Assembly: GCA_044892525.1 (NCBI GenBank)
Contig: CM097885.1
Location: 36,458,001 to 36,522,000, forward strand
DNA length: 64,000 nt
Direction of reading: 5' to 3'
DNA from: Schmidtea polychroa
Taxonomy: Eukaryota
Below are positions 1 to 12,909 of this stretch, in pieces (the first letter of the stretch is position 1; the number at the start of each line of letters is the position of its first letter). A program made the translations under genes and the position numbers. The notes below the pieces were generated by a model. That model ran no database searches and was not told the origin of the DNA. It saw nothing but the letters and a program-made list of their open reading frames with translations.

Positions 1-10
1 CGGATAGCCA

Positions 11-380
11 TGTTGGGCTAAAACTGATTTCTAGACCAAAAACTGTATTTTGTTACTGAGGTGTGTTGGTACATAGCACGCATACCTAGCAATAAGTTTA
101 ATGAAATATAAAGATAAAAATACATCAAATAAACAATATTAATAAAGAGCAAAATAACAAAAAATAAACACTGAAATTAAATAAAATGATACAAATGCAA
201 GAAGTATTACAAGAAAACTAACTCAAATATAACAAAGACACATAGAACATCACAAAAACAGACTCGAATGACATAGAAAGATAGAAAAATACTAAATTCT
301 AGATGAAATTCCAGAACAGTTCATAAAATGGCGACATCCATCATAAAAGCCATGTAAATCAACAAAAGTTTAATTCGATT
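11..380 (+). repeat. Truncated copy of the 'TGTTGGGCTA' arm of the giant LTR-like repeat family
   Basis: Starts tgttgggctaaaactgatttctagacc; colinear with the copies at 2314, 11026 and 51499. Confidence 0.8.
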
Positions 381-479
381 TAAGCGTGGATCATTTGAAA
401 ATTAACCGACTACATTAATTGTGATGTGCTGTTGAAGTTGAGTCAGAATATAAAAAAGCTGTTTACCTCCTTCAGCCGA

Positions 480-1674
480 ACTCGATTTGAGAGAGTATAC
501 CCTTAGTGTTATGTATTATAACTATTTGAATGTAGAGTTGAAATATGTAGTGTTTAATGTGGGAATAGTCCATTAATTAAAATTTACCTATTTTTTCGGG
601 GGAACTCGACTCGGTACGATAGGTCCTAGTGTTATGTCGCGGTCGACGTTCCAGCAATACGTTAACTCGATTTTAGCCACGACAGAGGAACCCATGAACT
701 CCGCTGCACAATACCACAAAGTCGGTAGGACCTCTGGTGATAACTGAGATTTATGAATTTTAAATACATGCTAGGTCGCAGACCTACAAAGTCGTTGAGG
801 GTTGTGGACCCGTCAACAATGGTGTATTTTTTTAATCAGATACAGGGCTGGCAAGAATCCTGCGCATGAAAATGACACAAAGATTCTACTCAATTATTTT
901 TTATTAAATTTGCCTCCATGATGGATATGGACAATTCCAGAATATTCCAGAATATACCTAATTCTTATTTTAATTGCTTTTTTATTAATTTATTTTAGGA
1001 TTTGTCGTTATTTTGAAACTTAAATATTTATTTTTATAAATTTTTTTTGGTCGTATGATGGCCATGATGGATTTCGCCATTTGTTCGGTTGTTCTGGTTT
1101 TTTATTCAAATTTCTGCACAATTTTTTCTTTAACCCTCCAGAGGGCGCGTTGGGTCTCACAGACCCAGACGATCTTTTTTAGCGTAAAAAATTGAGTTTG
1201 AAAAAACGTCATAGCCGGTAAGATATGTCTCCTTAAGAATGTTACAAATGCTTCAAGAGAAATATATGGATAAATATGAATATTTACAAACGACAACGAG
1301 TGAAGAGGAAAATTAAAAATTGAGTTTTTTAGCGCGCGCTCTGCAGGGTTAAATTACGTTTCGTCGTGATTTTATGGAAATTTCTTTAATTTCCTTTGTT
1401 ACTTTTACTTATCATCTTTATTCGTATTTGTTTATTGTTGTTATGTGTTTTTAGTTGTATCTAAGTAGATTTTGTAAGATACTTCTTGGTCGTGTTTTTA
1501 TTTTTAATTCAAGTGTTTTATTATTGGGTATTTTGCTTCTCTATTATACCTATTTATTTGATGTTTATTATATTTCATCTTAAATACTCTTACTGTTGGG
1601 TATGCGTTTTGTGTACCGACACACATCATCACAATTTTAACTTTTGGGTCTAAAATTCAGTTTTAAGCCCAACA
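480..1674 (-). repeat. Inverted partial copy of the same LTR-like arm (contains a piggyBac MITE); left boundary approximate
   Basis: Ends ...ttttaagcccaaca at 1674; shares aaatttgcctccatgatgga and catgatggatttcgccattt with 20190-20380. Confidence 0.75.
1134..1348. mobile_element. piggyBac-type MITE (215 bp)
   Basis: TTAA on both sides (1130-1133, 1349-1352); 16-bp TIRs ccctccagagggcgcg / ccctgcagagcgcgcg; no coding capacity. Confidence 0.85.
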
Positions 1675-1681
1675 TACATAA

Positions 1682-1930
1682 TGGTGGGTTACAGTTAATC
1701 AACATTTTACCTCATCGTGCTGTTTCCAGCTTAAACCAGAATACAATAGCGATTCTACCACTTGATGTTCGTTGAATGATCAACGTTGGTACTGTATCAA
1801 GGGCTTGAGCACAGGCAAAAAGTGAGCATGCTTGTCCAGCACTCACTTGGGTTCACGAACTGCCGATAGAAGGCCTGTGTTCGATTTATCTGGTCCCTCT
1901 ATTGGATTGTGTCTCCGAACTCCAACCCAT
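1682..1930 (-). repeat. 'TGGTGGGTTAC' arm (other terminus) of the LTR-like family
   Basis: tggtgggttac...gatcaacgttggtactgtatcaag...gggttcacg matches 15139-15370 and the reverse complement of 56400-56640. Confidence 0.8.
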
Positions 1931-2313
1931 CACTATACCTCAATTAGAGTCTTTTGAAATCGAATCACGTATCATACTGAAACGAATCACATTATAATTA
2001 TTTGCCACACAACAAATTACACTATAATTATTTACAAATACAACTATATCATAATTAAATGCCATACCGATGAGTAAATGATTATTTGAGAGTCATTTCA
2101 GTTTGTTTGGGCATTTGGCACGTTTACCAACAGTGCCTGTCGTAGTTTTGCCCGAGCGGATTTACTGGGTCGATTCCTCCTTTTGGGCTTGGGAGGTGGC
2201 TCCACCTTACTGTTGTTCGCAATTAACTCCTTCATTGGCTTGATCCTAGAAGGCCACATCCTGATCTATGGTCCTCTGATGAGTTGGTTCTCCAGCCGGT
2301 AAGATTAGAATAA

Positions 2314-3620
2314 TGTTGGGCTAGAACTGATTTCTAGACCCAAAACTCTAAAATTGTGACTTAGGTGTGTTGATACATAGCACGCAAATAGCAATAAGTT
2401 CAGTTAAATATAAAAATACATCAAATAAACAATATTAACAGCAAGGAAAACAGCAAAAATATAAACACAGAAATTAAATAAAATGATATAAATGCAAGAA
2501 GTATTGCAAGAAACTAACTCAAATATAACCAGGAAACATAAAAATTACAAAAAACTGACTCGAATAGCTTCGAAAGATAGTAAAACATTAAAAATTCTAG
2601 AAATATTCCAGAACACTTCATAAGAATGGCGACATCCATCATAAAAGCCATATAGATCAATAAAATATATCAAAAAATAAATAAATTAGTTATAAAAATA
2701 AAATTTCTTAAAAGAAATTAAGAAAACATCATTAAAATAAAAATTAATTTAAAATTAATAAGGAATGTTCTGGAATCGTTCCAAATCCATCATGGAGGTA
2801 AATTAAGCAAAAATAATTAGAAAATAAAAATAAAAATTATGGCACTAAAATTGCCATTAGAAATATCAAAAATAGAAAATAGAAAATTCTAGAATAAAAA
2901 GAATTCGAGTTTGTTTTAATGCATCAATACATACACGTGTACTTGAACACACAAAAATAGGCATATATACCAACGCATTTCGGTCACAAAAACACTCTTT
3001 GATGCTAAAAACCTTTTTGGCGCTAATTGGAATCACTACGGAAACTAATAGTAAGGGAATTTTATTATGTCATTGTTATATTATTGTAAACTTATAAATT
3101 TTTGGTTTTGAATCTATTATTAATGAATATTGCTATGACCTATTTTTATTTTTTTTAATCTTATTTTATGTCCAAACAAGAGTGACCTACGTCGTCATAG
3201 ACGCATTTTGCTCGCAACGTTGATCAGCCTTGTTTCTAACTCAAATACACCAGAGAATGGGTCTACGACCCTACATCCACTAAAATCAAATTGTTATTTC
3301 CAGAGGTCGCCACGAACAAATGGTGTTCAACCAGGAGTAGGGCGGGTAAAATCCATCTTGGTAGTTGGTATAGTCACAGGGACTATGCGGACGAAGTAAC
3401 CTTTGGGGTATTAATCGTGGGTGCATAACACAATAGGGCCTATCGAACCGTATTCAGTGTAATCGGGAAAATAGGTAAATTTTAATTAATTTGACTTTCT
3501 CAGTAATTTACATACGTAATCTGTACACTCAACTTTACTATAGAGAACACAACATTAGCGAAATGTAAACGAGAAATATCCCAGACTTAATATTCTACAA
3601 TGACACTCTGGTAGTCGGTT
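2314..3620 (+). repeat. TGTTGGG arm of the LTR-like family; the unit may extend to the CA-type end at 10689
   Basis: tgttgggctagaactgatttctagacc at 2314; 2314-3000 closely matches the reverse complement of 24600-25226. Confidence 0.75.
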
Positions 3621-3780
3621 AATTGCACAAAAATGTTTAATATGCATAATATCGAATGATATTGATATATTCTAAATGATATTGTTTCTAATTATACCTA
3701 ATCCAAAAGGTTAATAATCAAGAATCCGAATCTAGAAAAATTCAATTGTATAACCATCTAGTTTTTTACAATGATCTAAT

Positions 3781-3920
3781 TTTGACAAATTTGATACCCT
3801 TAAAAGTAATTTGAATGAGCCCTCTATCTTACTATAAAGGGTAGGACGGTTTTGACAAATTTGATACTGTTAAAAGTAATTTGAATGAGCCCTCTATCTT
3901 ACTATAAGGGGTAGGGCGGA
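3781..3920. repeat. 70-bp tandem duplication
   Basis: tttgacaaatttgatac..taaaagtaatttgaatgagccctctatcttactataa..ggtagg occurs twice. Confidence 0.9.
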
Positions 3921-4475
3921 TTTGGTGTAAACCTATGCCACGATTTTGAATATTAATATCCGGATTATTGGGATGATAACCATTAAATCTTAAATTGAAA
4001 TTACGAAAAATGTATTCGATAAAGTCATATATCGATACTTATTCAAAAATATTGATTTTGAATCGGTATAAACTAAAATTATGCCTCCTCTAATTATTTA
4101 TCAACATCTATAATATGTTCTAAATCGACATTAGCTAAAATGTATCTTATGAATTGATATGTTAATGATTATTGTCTTCTACCTTATATTAGGGCCTACC
4201 TCATTTGATTATTTTCTAAACGTACATCTTAGTTCATTTAAAAGACTGATTATTGAATCTTCCCCATCTAGAAGGACGTTTCATAAATTATTACACCACA
4301 CTATCTAGAATTATGTTATGGGAATTTATATATTAACCCCTATATGAATTTGATTAATCATAAAAAGAACCTCTAAATTATTTTGAAAAAATTGTTATGT
4401 TCACTGGTATATGTATTAAAGTCTAGCTTAATTATTACAATTTTTATTGACACCAGGCTTTAGTCTTAAAAATTA

Positions 4476-4610
4476 TTTAGATATTATAAAATTATAAACC
4501 CATTTTATTGTATTATTATTTAGCTATTATAAAATTATAAATCCATTTTATTGTATTATTATCATTTAGATATTATAAGATTATAAATCCAATTTATTGT
4601 GTTATTATCA
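4476..4610. repeat. ~42-bp AT-rich minisatellite, 3 copies
   Basis: tttagatattataaaattataaa(t/c)ccattttattgtattatta repeated. Confidence 0.75.
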
Positions 4611-6937
4611 CTTAATATTATTTAACTATTATCTTAAATTATTAATCTAATTGAACTCATTTAATAACCAAGGAGTCAAAGGCTATTACGAATAAATCAA
4701 TTAAAAATTCTTTCTATTTTTACCCTTAACAAGGTCCTTGGCTAACACCCCATCCTATCCTACTTATTACCTACATAACTCATTTAAGCCAATTTACTGA
4801 TTTCCTAAAAATGATACAATAAATAGAAAGATTCAAAATTAACCTTATTGATTTTTTTTATTAGGATAAAATAAGCCAATGGAACCACGTCTATAAATAG
4901 CAACAACCCTACAAACCAAAGGTTACCTTCGTCGAACTCATTCTGGCTGACCAAATGGACAATGCATACTCTCCTCTAAATGCGCCAATCACTATCGACC
5001 ACGTCAATAGGAACTTTAATTTTCGTGTAAAACTCATCACATCCGCGCGAATTTAACCCAGGTTACCCCAGAAGTCAACCCATGCACGTCAGGAAGGACA
5101 AAGGACCCTTCTCTTTCTTTTATTTTTCAGGATCAACTACCTAAGCTAAGATGTATAGCCATAGCCAAGAAATAATAAATAGCCAAGTTTTTGATAGATA
5201 TGCTTTTCGCTAGATCAGTTGGGATCTCAAACCAGGAATAAGTGATAGGAAGTGTAATGTATAGTTATTTTTATTAATATTTTGGTGTTCACAATTAGGA
5301 ATTGTGAATAGTATGGCACAAACTGCCACCATCTGGGAAATCGAGATTTTAAAAAAAAAACTATATAGCGATAATTTACTATAGTGAATTATCGCTATAG
5401 TAAATTAAAAAAATTAATTAAATTAAAAAGTCGATAAAAATTTAAAACTAGAAAACTACAGAAGATTTTACAATTAACTGAACAACTGAAGAATTAAAAG
5501 ATTTTATTGTATTTTCTGAACTATCATAAAGAAAAATTAAAAAAGAAAGGTAGACTAATAAGAAGATAAATACGCAGACAATCAATTAGAATCAAAGGAC
5601 AATCGTTATACTAAACCAACCAAATCCTGATAATCAGTGTCGTCTAATACTTATAGAACTAACTCCAAGATACTAAAGTTCAGTTCAAGCTCTACAACGA
5701 TAACTTAGAACTTGCTCCATTAGAACAAAACCAGCAGGAGTTTCCTAACTTAAAAACAATAGAATCGGAATCCTCATTAATCGAAAGTCATTGCCCGATT
5801 CTGCACATTCGCCCCCACCCAGGCATCACCATAAAGGCTAATTAAGGTCTTTTAGTTTTTTCTAATAAAAGTTGAATTTATAACTTGTTGGTTATATTTA
5901 GTTAATTTTAGATTTTGATTATATTATTTTTATTTGTTATTATCTCGCAAGCAAACTCAGCACGCACCCCGATTGTCCCGCCACAAGTTTTAACGGAGAC
6001 TCTTTCGGGTCCTTCAAATTTCTTAACAATAACAACAATTTCATCCCACACACAAATATAATAAGAACATACTAATATAATAGGAAGTATCAGCAGTTGG
6101 CTCCGATATTTTCAACATGGTTAGTACAGTTAATTATGTAAATTTTACCTCAAAATTACATTAAGATAAAAGTAGGCTGCAAATTCAGGTGAAACTTTCA
6201 GTCTTGTCTTAGAATTTAAGATTGCAGTAGTCACACGATCGAGAAATGGAAACAGGTTAATAAATAACCATATTTACGCTAAATTTGTTTAAAAAATATT
6301 AAATTAGTATAACTCGCATTTAAATAAATTAAAATGATAATTATAAAGTTTAAATTAAAAATACATAACTAATCGAGTTTAAATTAAAATACATTATAAT
6401 CAATCTTTGCTTTATAGTACTCCTTGCTGAAATGTCCTGGTCATTGACATATGTTGCACGTCCGATTATTATTAACGTTGTTCCTGAAAATGGATCATTT
6501 TGAATATAATTTTGAATATTACCTCTGTTATCTGGGTTCCTCGTTTGTGGCGTTTTGAAAAATGTTGCGATTCTGAGATAAATTGATTCATTGCTAAATT
6601 TGCATTGTTGATTTTGTTGGGCTGAATCGAAAGCTTAAACGCAGAAAATAGGGAAAGTGAGATAAATAAGATATTAAGATAAAATAAACAATTTTAAAAA
6701 AATAAAAAAACAGAATAAGAAATAAGAAAAACAATAATTAAAAAGTAAGAATTAAAACAAAATAATAAAATAAGAAATTAAAATAGGAAAATAGATTAAC
6801 AAACAAAATGATGAAAAATTTAATAGAGGAAGTTATAAATATAATAAAAATATAATAAAAATAAGAAAGTAAGAAGAAATAATCGAAAATAGGAAAAAAA
6901 GAAATTATATTAATTAAAATAAGCGGTACTCAACTCT

Positions 6938-7069
6938 GATTGGTCCGCAGGCATGCAAAAAATACTATATAAACCGACATGAAATTCATTATATTCACTG
7001 TTTAACTTCAAACTGCTATAGGTAAGTAACGTTTAAAATTATTCACTGTTTAACTTCAAACTGCTATAG
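6938..7069 (+). promoter_or_regulatory. Putative Pol II promoter (ATTGG, TATA) with short first exon and 48-nt intron
   Basis: attgg 6938, tatataaa 6966, AG|GTAAGT at 7021/7022, acceptor tag 7069. Confidence 0.4.
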
Positions 7070-9414
7070 AACCTATTCGAAGGACACTATTCAATAGAAA
7101 ATCACCGATATTCAAAGGAACAACAGGATCAAGGACTAATAGATAAACTTTACCGGAACTCAAATCATAACTTTCGATTCAGCTCACGATCAATTTTCGA
7201 ACCATAGTAAGAGAGATTTATTGGTTTTTAAGATTCATTAAGTAATAATGAAGTATTACCTAATGATTAAACAATTTATTTAACATTAAAATGTCTCTTC
7301 TTCATTTGATTTCCGTTTAAGTAATGTCTGAATGAAATTACCTTTTGTAGATTTGGATTTAATTGGCATCAATAAATGATTTTCATTTTAGAAATTTTGT
7401 TTTATATTTTTATGCTTTGTGATTCATGATATGCACAAGTATGATATGACTTTAAAATCTTCGAGTAACGTGGAGTTGAGGAACTTCCTGTCATGGTATG
7501 AGGTGCCTTCGGGAGCTCAGCCGGTGGACATGGGGTTCTTCAATCACGCAGCTGTATTGGGCCGAAAAGTGGGGGCTTCCTCACGGGTCCTATCGCTGAA
7601 GATGACTTAAAATTTAAATTGAAGAATAGAACTGGGGTCATAGTAATAGTTGTTAAATCTGCATCAGAGTGAGGACAGGCGATTTACAGTGATTGAGGCG
7701 GACGCTATGTCTATGCTCACAACGATCCGACAGTGTTAAGTAATCTTTCTGAGAAAATTACACGAGCTATAAGTCGAAATCTTTGCTGCAACCGTCGCCA
7801 TGCGCTTAGAACTTGGCTCCCATCTCTCATAGGCCTGGGCCATTCATTTTTGTTAACAGTCACGATTTCGAAAATTTCCTTATTATAATATTTAAACAGT
7901 AGAATACGATAACAAAAGTTATAATAGAAATAAACCGCATAATTAAGTGCATAAGAACATTTTATTTAAACACAATTATTAGTAAAATTTACTCCACCTG
8001 GACCAGCCTTCTTTTCTACGAGTTTGCTCGGGAGGTTCGTCGTTGAAATTGCATTAGTAGTCATATTCCAGCAAGATATTCCATAATAGTGCATATCTAA
8101 CTTTAGAAAATACGACAGTTAGCGACTAAATCCAACATCGCAGAGTAGGTGAGAAATTGACTGCTGCTAGAATATCAAATTTCCGATATCACATGTGTAG
8201 ATGAGTAAAAATTTCCATCGTATCATTCACAGGTAAGCAGACGTGCCGATGCGATTAACAAATGCCACATGTGCATAGACATAGGAGAGTGAATGATCCA
8301 TGTGTAGTCACTCACCGTAGGGAATTCTACCGCGCGACACCCAATAACATTGTTAGCTAGGTATGCAACAACGAGTAATCATGTGGCAGACATGAGGCGA
8401 TACTCCAGATGTTAACTCGCGGTAGTTTTGTTATCAATAAGCGTCCGACATGTCATCAATGAGATAAGCTGAATATACCCTGACTGATTTCTAAAACATG
8501 AGCAGTCGCAAATTGCCTCTCTTAGAGAGTTTTGGATTAGAAAATCTACTAATGATCAAAACCTGTGTTGGAATCATATAATAAATCATGTAAACCTTTG
8601 CGTATATGAATCATTGAGTCTTCAACCTGATATGGTACCCATTAAACATAACATTCAAGCAATGGCTGAAGTAATAAAGAGGCCTAGGTTGATATTGTTC
8701 TCTGTTATGGATAACGTGGTAAGATCTTAGTTAGCTTACTTGAAGTTTTGATGAACAATGTATTCTGATCCTGAAAGTACGACGTACTATTCCACAGTTT
8801 ATAGGTATCAGTATAACCTCACGAATCTAAAATAGTATTATGTGATGGCAGGAATGTAGTATAAGTATAAAAGTGTGACGAATAGATTGTCTGAAATTTC
8901 TTACATTGAGAATATAAACCTTGAATGATTCCAATTTTCCAAGGATCCTAATAATATCGCAAATAACAATCCAAAGTGGTCTAGCTGATAATCAAAAGTA
9001 ATTTCTAATTACCGGTTAATATCATTCGAATTAATAAATAAGAGTATTTTAAATAATAACGTTTTAAATAATAATTGAAGGTATTTTTAAACAACACTCA
9101 AATGTAATATTTAATAATTAGGCACGTTTTGAAAACCAACAATTAAAGATAAATTTAGTAATTCATAAATCCTCTTAATTTTGAAGCTAGTAATTTATTT
9201 GCATTCGTCAATGCGGTGATATAGGTAGTAGAATTGGTATCGTCTTGGTAAATGATTAGCCTAGTAGTAGTAATAAAATCGTTCCGGGAGGAGTTTTCTT
9301 TTCCCGTCTATCCTAATCGTCTTGTTGCCAGATATGCGATGGTGAACGAATACCGTACTCAATCAACGATTTCTTAAATATAGTTATCTCAATTTCTTTT
9401 TATAGCCATCTAAC

Positions 9415-10154
9415 ATGCTGCCAACCGCCAAATCCGCTTTACGCCCATGCTTCTCCTGCGCGGACAAAAATGCGATTATAAGGGATCTGCAGGCCCAGAT
9501 CGGGCGCTACAAAAGGAAAATAGATGAGTTGGAGGGCACCTGGTTCAGCCCGCTCAGATGAAGGAGACCCAGAAAAAGCTGTATCGCAGCGAACACTGTC
9601 GTGACTCTCTCATCTCGGAGAGTCGTTCACAATGGAGCTTGATTAAAGAGCAGTCCGAGGCGCTGCATAAGGTCTACCTACAGGCAGGCACCACGCGAAA
9701 GATCGTCCAGATCCCTATTAAAGAGGCCGATAATATCTTTCCGCATCATCACAACACCTCCTCAAATCCATCTCCGCCGCTCAAGAGATCCTGTTGAGAT
9801 TGCGTCGAAACAGAACTGTCACCCAAGCGACCAGATGTTATCATCACGGGTACTAGCAAGGCATCAACTCCTAGTACATCCACATCCACCACGCTTCAGC
9901 AAGCTGCAATTTTGGGCAAACCTAAACGCAAACAACTATTTCGTGCAGAGCGCAAAAGGAGACAGCGCGAACGTACCTTGAGCAGACAGAATAAGGCCTC
10001 TGTGGAAGATGCGACCACCCGAAGTACCAGTTCCGCGGTGATAGACTTGACCATAGGGGTCCCCGCGCGAATTATATCAGCCACCGGTGTAGCCTGGGAG
10101 GAGAATGCCTCCGAGTTCTTTGATTTAGAGGAGTTGCTACTCGCCACGGAATAG
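9415..10154 (+). pseudogene. Frameshifted GC-richer ORF of unknown function (coiled-coil-like N-terminus, basic KPKRK..RKRR patch, acidic tail), likely element-encoded
   Basis: Acceptor-like tttttatag at ~9405, ATG 9415, consecutive frames (9558-9797, 9912-10154), aataaa at ~10273. Confidence 0.45.
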
Positions 10155-10374
10155 AAGGAATGAGGCTCCACGGTGAAACGTTCTCGAAAAATTCTATGAA
10201 CTCCTGTCATCCTGCATTGTCTCTTCTTTTCCTATGTAAATACTATGTCGTATTCTGTGTGGTTATTAGGACAATAAATTTTTATTTCTCTTTGGTATTC
10301 TTATATGTCTTTCGTAATGAATTAGTATCGATATTTAAATGTATAGAAGTACTCATTTTGGGGGGTGTCAGTCA

Positions 10375-10689
10375 AGTTTGCCTTTGGTGTAAGACCCAGC
10401 GAGAGATCGGATCGCGTTGCTAGACGTAAGTCCTTCTATCGGCAGTCAGGTGTGGGAAGTCGAGGCCTCAGTAAGGAGTAGTTTTAAGGCAGAAGCTCAC
10501 CTGCTTACTGGCGTCTCGCCTGCATAGTGCAGTACCAACGTGAAGCAATTCACGGGCACTATGTTGGAATGCAGATCGTGTGAGGTCCTACTCTAAGTTG
10601 ACGAGGTGAGAGTTAGTAGATGTAGTCGGACAATCATCCCTTATGGTAGAGCCTTGAATTAGCTTAGTCAACCGAGTGGTACCCCAGCA
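10375..10689 (+). repeat. Diverged CA-end arm of the LTR-like family
   Basis: ccttctatcggcagtc and cagtaccaacgt are shared with 56436-56540; ends gtaccccagca (compare gtaacccacca). Confidence 0.6.
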
Positions 10690-10750
10690 ATTTGATTATT
10701 TTCGGTTGTCGTTGCTGGTGTTGTAGCTATTGGTACTGCTGCCATTACTG

Positions 10751-11010
10751 CTACTTGTACTTATTAGTGATTTTTAATGCTTCCTCGAGCGTCTCTGGTG
10801 CTCGGCATCCCACTGTTGCTCGAATGTCCTTTCTTTTCATACCCTTCTCTACGAATACGACTATTATCTTGTTTTCTGGAACTGGTTGATTTGAATAGAA
10901 TGCTTGTTTTGCCAGTCGTCTCAATTCACATGCATATATTGCGTTTGACTCATCATATTTTAGCTTTCGATGCAGAAAATCCAACATTTTGTGATTTCCC
11001 TCCTTTTTGC
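10751..11010 (-). pseudogene. Gag-like fragment
   Basis: ELRRLAKQAF...VFVEKGM...APETLEEALKI resembles the C-terminal capsid region of retrotransposon Gag. Confidence 0.45.
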
Positions 11011-11025
11011 TACCGAAAGTTTTTT

Positions 11026-11525
11026 GTTGGGCTAGAACTGATTTCTAGACCAAAAATCTGATAAATGTGACAAAATGTGTTGGTTAGTTAATACAAAGAT
11101 AAAAACACCAACTAAACAATATTAATTAAGAGAAACACAACAGAAAATAAAAACAATGAAATAAAATAAAATCTCACAAATGCAAGAAGTATTGCTAGAA
11201 AATTAACTCAAATATAACAGAGAAACATAAAAAAATTACAAAAACAGACTCGAATGACATCGAAAGATAGCAAAATACTAAATTCTAGATGAAATTCACG
11301 AACAATTCATAAAAATAGCGACATCCATCATAAAAGTCATGTAAATCAACAAAAGTTTATAAAAATAAACCAAGTAGTTTTAAAAATAAAAATTTGAAAA
11401 ATGAATTTAGAAAAAACCATATTAAAATAAAAATTAAAATAGAAATTAATAGAAATTAACTGGAATTGCCCAAATCCATAATATAGGCAACTTTAACAAA
11501 AAATAATTAAAAAATAAAGATTTTA
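11026..11525 (+). repeat. Truncated TGTTGGG arm copy
   Basis: tgttgggctagaactgatttctagaccaaaa, colinear with 11-380 and 2314-2830. Confidence 0.8.
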
Positions 11526-12661
11526 AAATAAAACTTCGGGCAGCACTACCACTATAGCAAAAGGAAATCCACGAAAATCTGTGACTGTGGTAGCGATGCT
11601 TGATGGTTCAATTATATATGCTGAGCGAAGTAAAGTTGATATATGGGTTGGAGATAAGTTATTTAATATTGATTGTTTAATATACCCGAAACTAGTATCC
11701 AATAATGACATTTTAGGAGTGAATGCTATTAATAGGTTTGGTGGAGTTCGATTGAATAAAGAAGCCATATTCGGTTGTGAAGAAGCACCTTGTCACGTAG
11801 CGTGCTCTAGTAGTAGTATGTCAGAAATATTGAAGGAAAATTTCTCTGCGAGATTTGAAAACGAGAAATGGATTGTCAAATGGGATTGGAAGTCAGAGCC
11901 GCCGAAATTTCTACCTAATAGAAATTCAAACTTTTATGATAATTGTAGTAAGGGTCAAGAGACGATGAGTATCTTGAATTCTTGGATATCTAACCGCTAT
12001 CTAGTTGATTACGACGAGAAAACAATGGGCAAACCGATCGGATCAGTACATATTTATGGTATAATTCAGTGAAATAAAGCAAAAGAGTAGGTAGTTAGGG
12101 GCTCCCCGCCGCAATAAGTGGGGGGGGGGGGGGGTAAAAAAATGTTGCAACTTTTGATTGCATAATTTTTTCCGTAGACATTTTTTGATTACGCTACACT
12201 AAAATCTAATCTACACTAAAAAGCATGGAATTATTTAGACTATAATGAGGGGGGTCACCTTGGTCCTATGATTTTCAATAAAAAAAGGTTTACACTAAAA
12301 AATCATGGTAAATTTTAAATTGAAGTTAATTAAGGTCCAAATTTTAAAATTAAGTAATCAATGGTCAAAATTTTTAAATTAAAGTTAAATAAGTAAATTA
12401 AAGTAATAATTTTTAAATAAGTAAATTAAAGTAAGATTTTTAAATTTATTAACAAAAAGTTGGAATAATAGAAGGTGTTTGAGAATTGAAATTTTTTAAT
12501 GAAAATTTTTATGAAATATTTTTTTTTAAGTAATTTTTTTAATGAAATTTTTTATATATTAATTTTTAAAGATAAATTTCAATGGAAATTTTAATGGAAT
12601 AATTTTTTAAGTAAAATTTTTTTTAAGTTATTTTTTTTATAGATTAATAATAATAATAATT

Positions 12662-12714
<53 letters not shown>

Positions 12715-12909
12715 TCAACCAAATACTATACAACACATAAAAATAACTAGACACATAACAAAACATATAAACATTAACTAAACACAAAAATAACTAGACA
12801 CATAACAAACATAAAAATTTACCAAACAAATAAAAAGAACAAAAGTAAAGATATAAACTTTTATTTAATAAAATTAGTCATCGATATCGATATCATCTTC
12901 TCCAAAATC

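Noticed and set aside
11..1674. One TIR transposon with ~370-bp TIRs
   Set aside because: No TSD (gcca/taca), and the arms are diverged copies of a dispersed repeat
2276..2305. Hammerhead-like CTGATGA plus hairpin (also ~26309)
   Set aside because: Missing correctly placed GAAA or stem III
2314..10689. A single 8.4-kb TG...CA unit
   Set aside because: Flanks ataa/attt are not a TSD and the right arm is a diverged type; left unresolved
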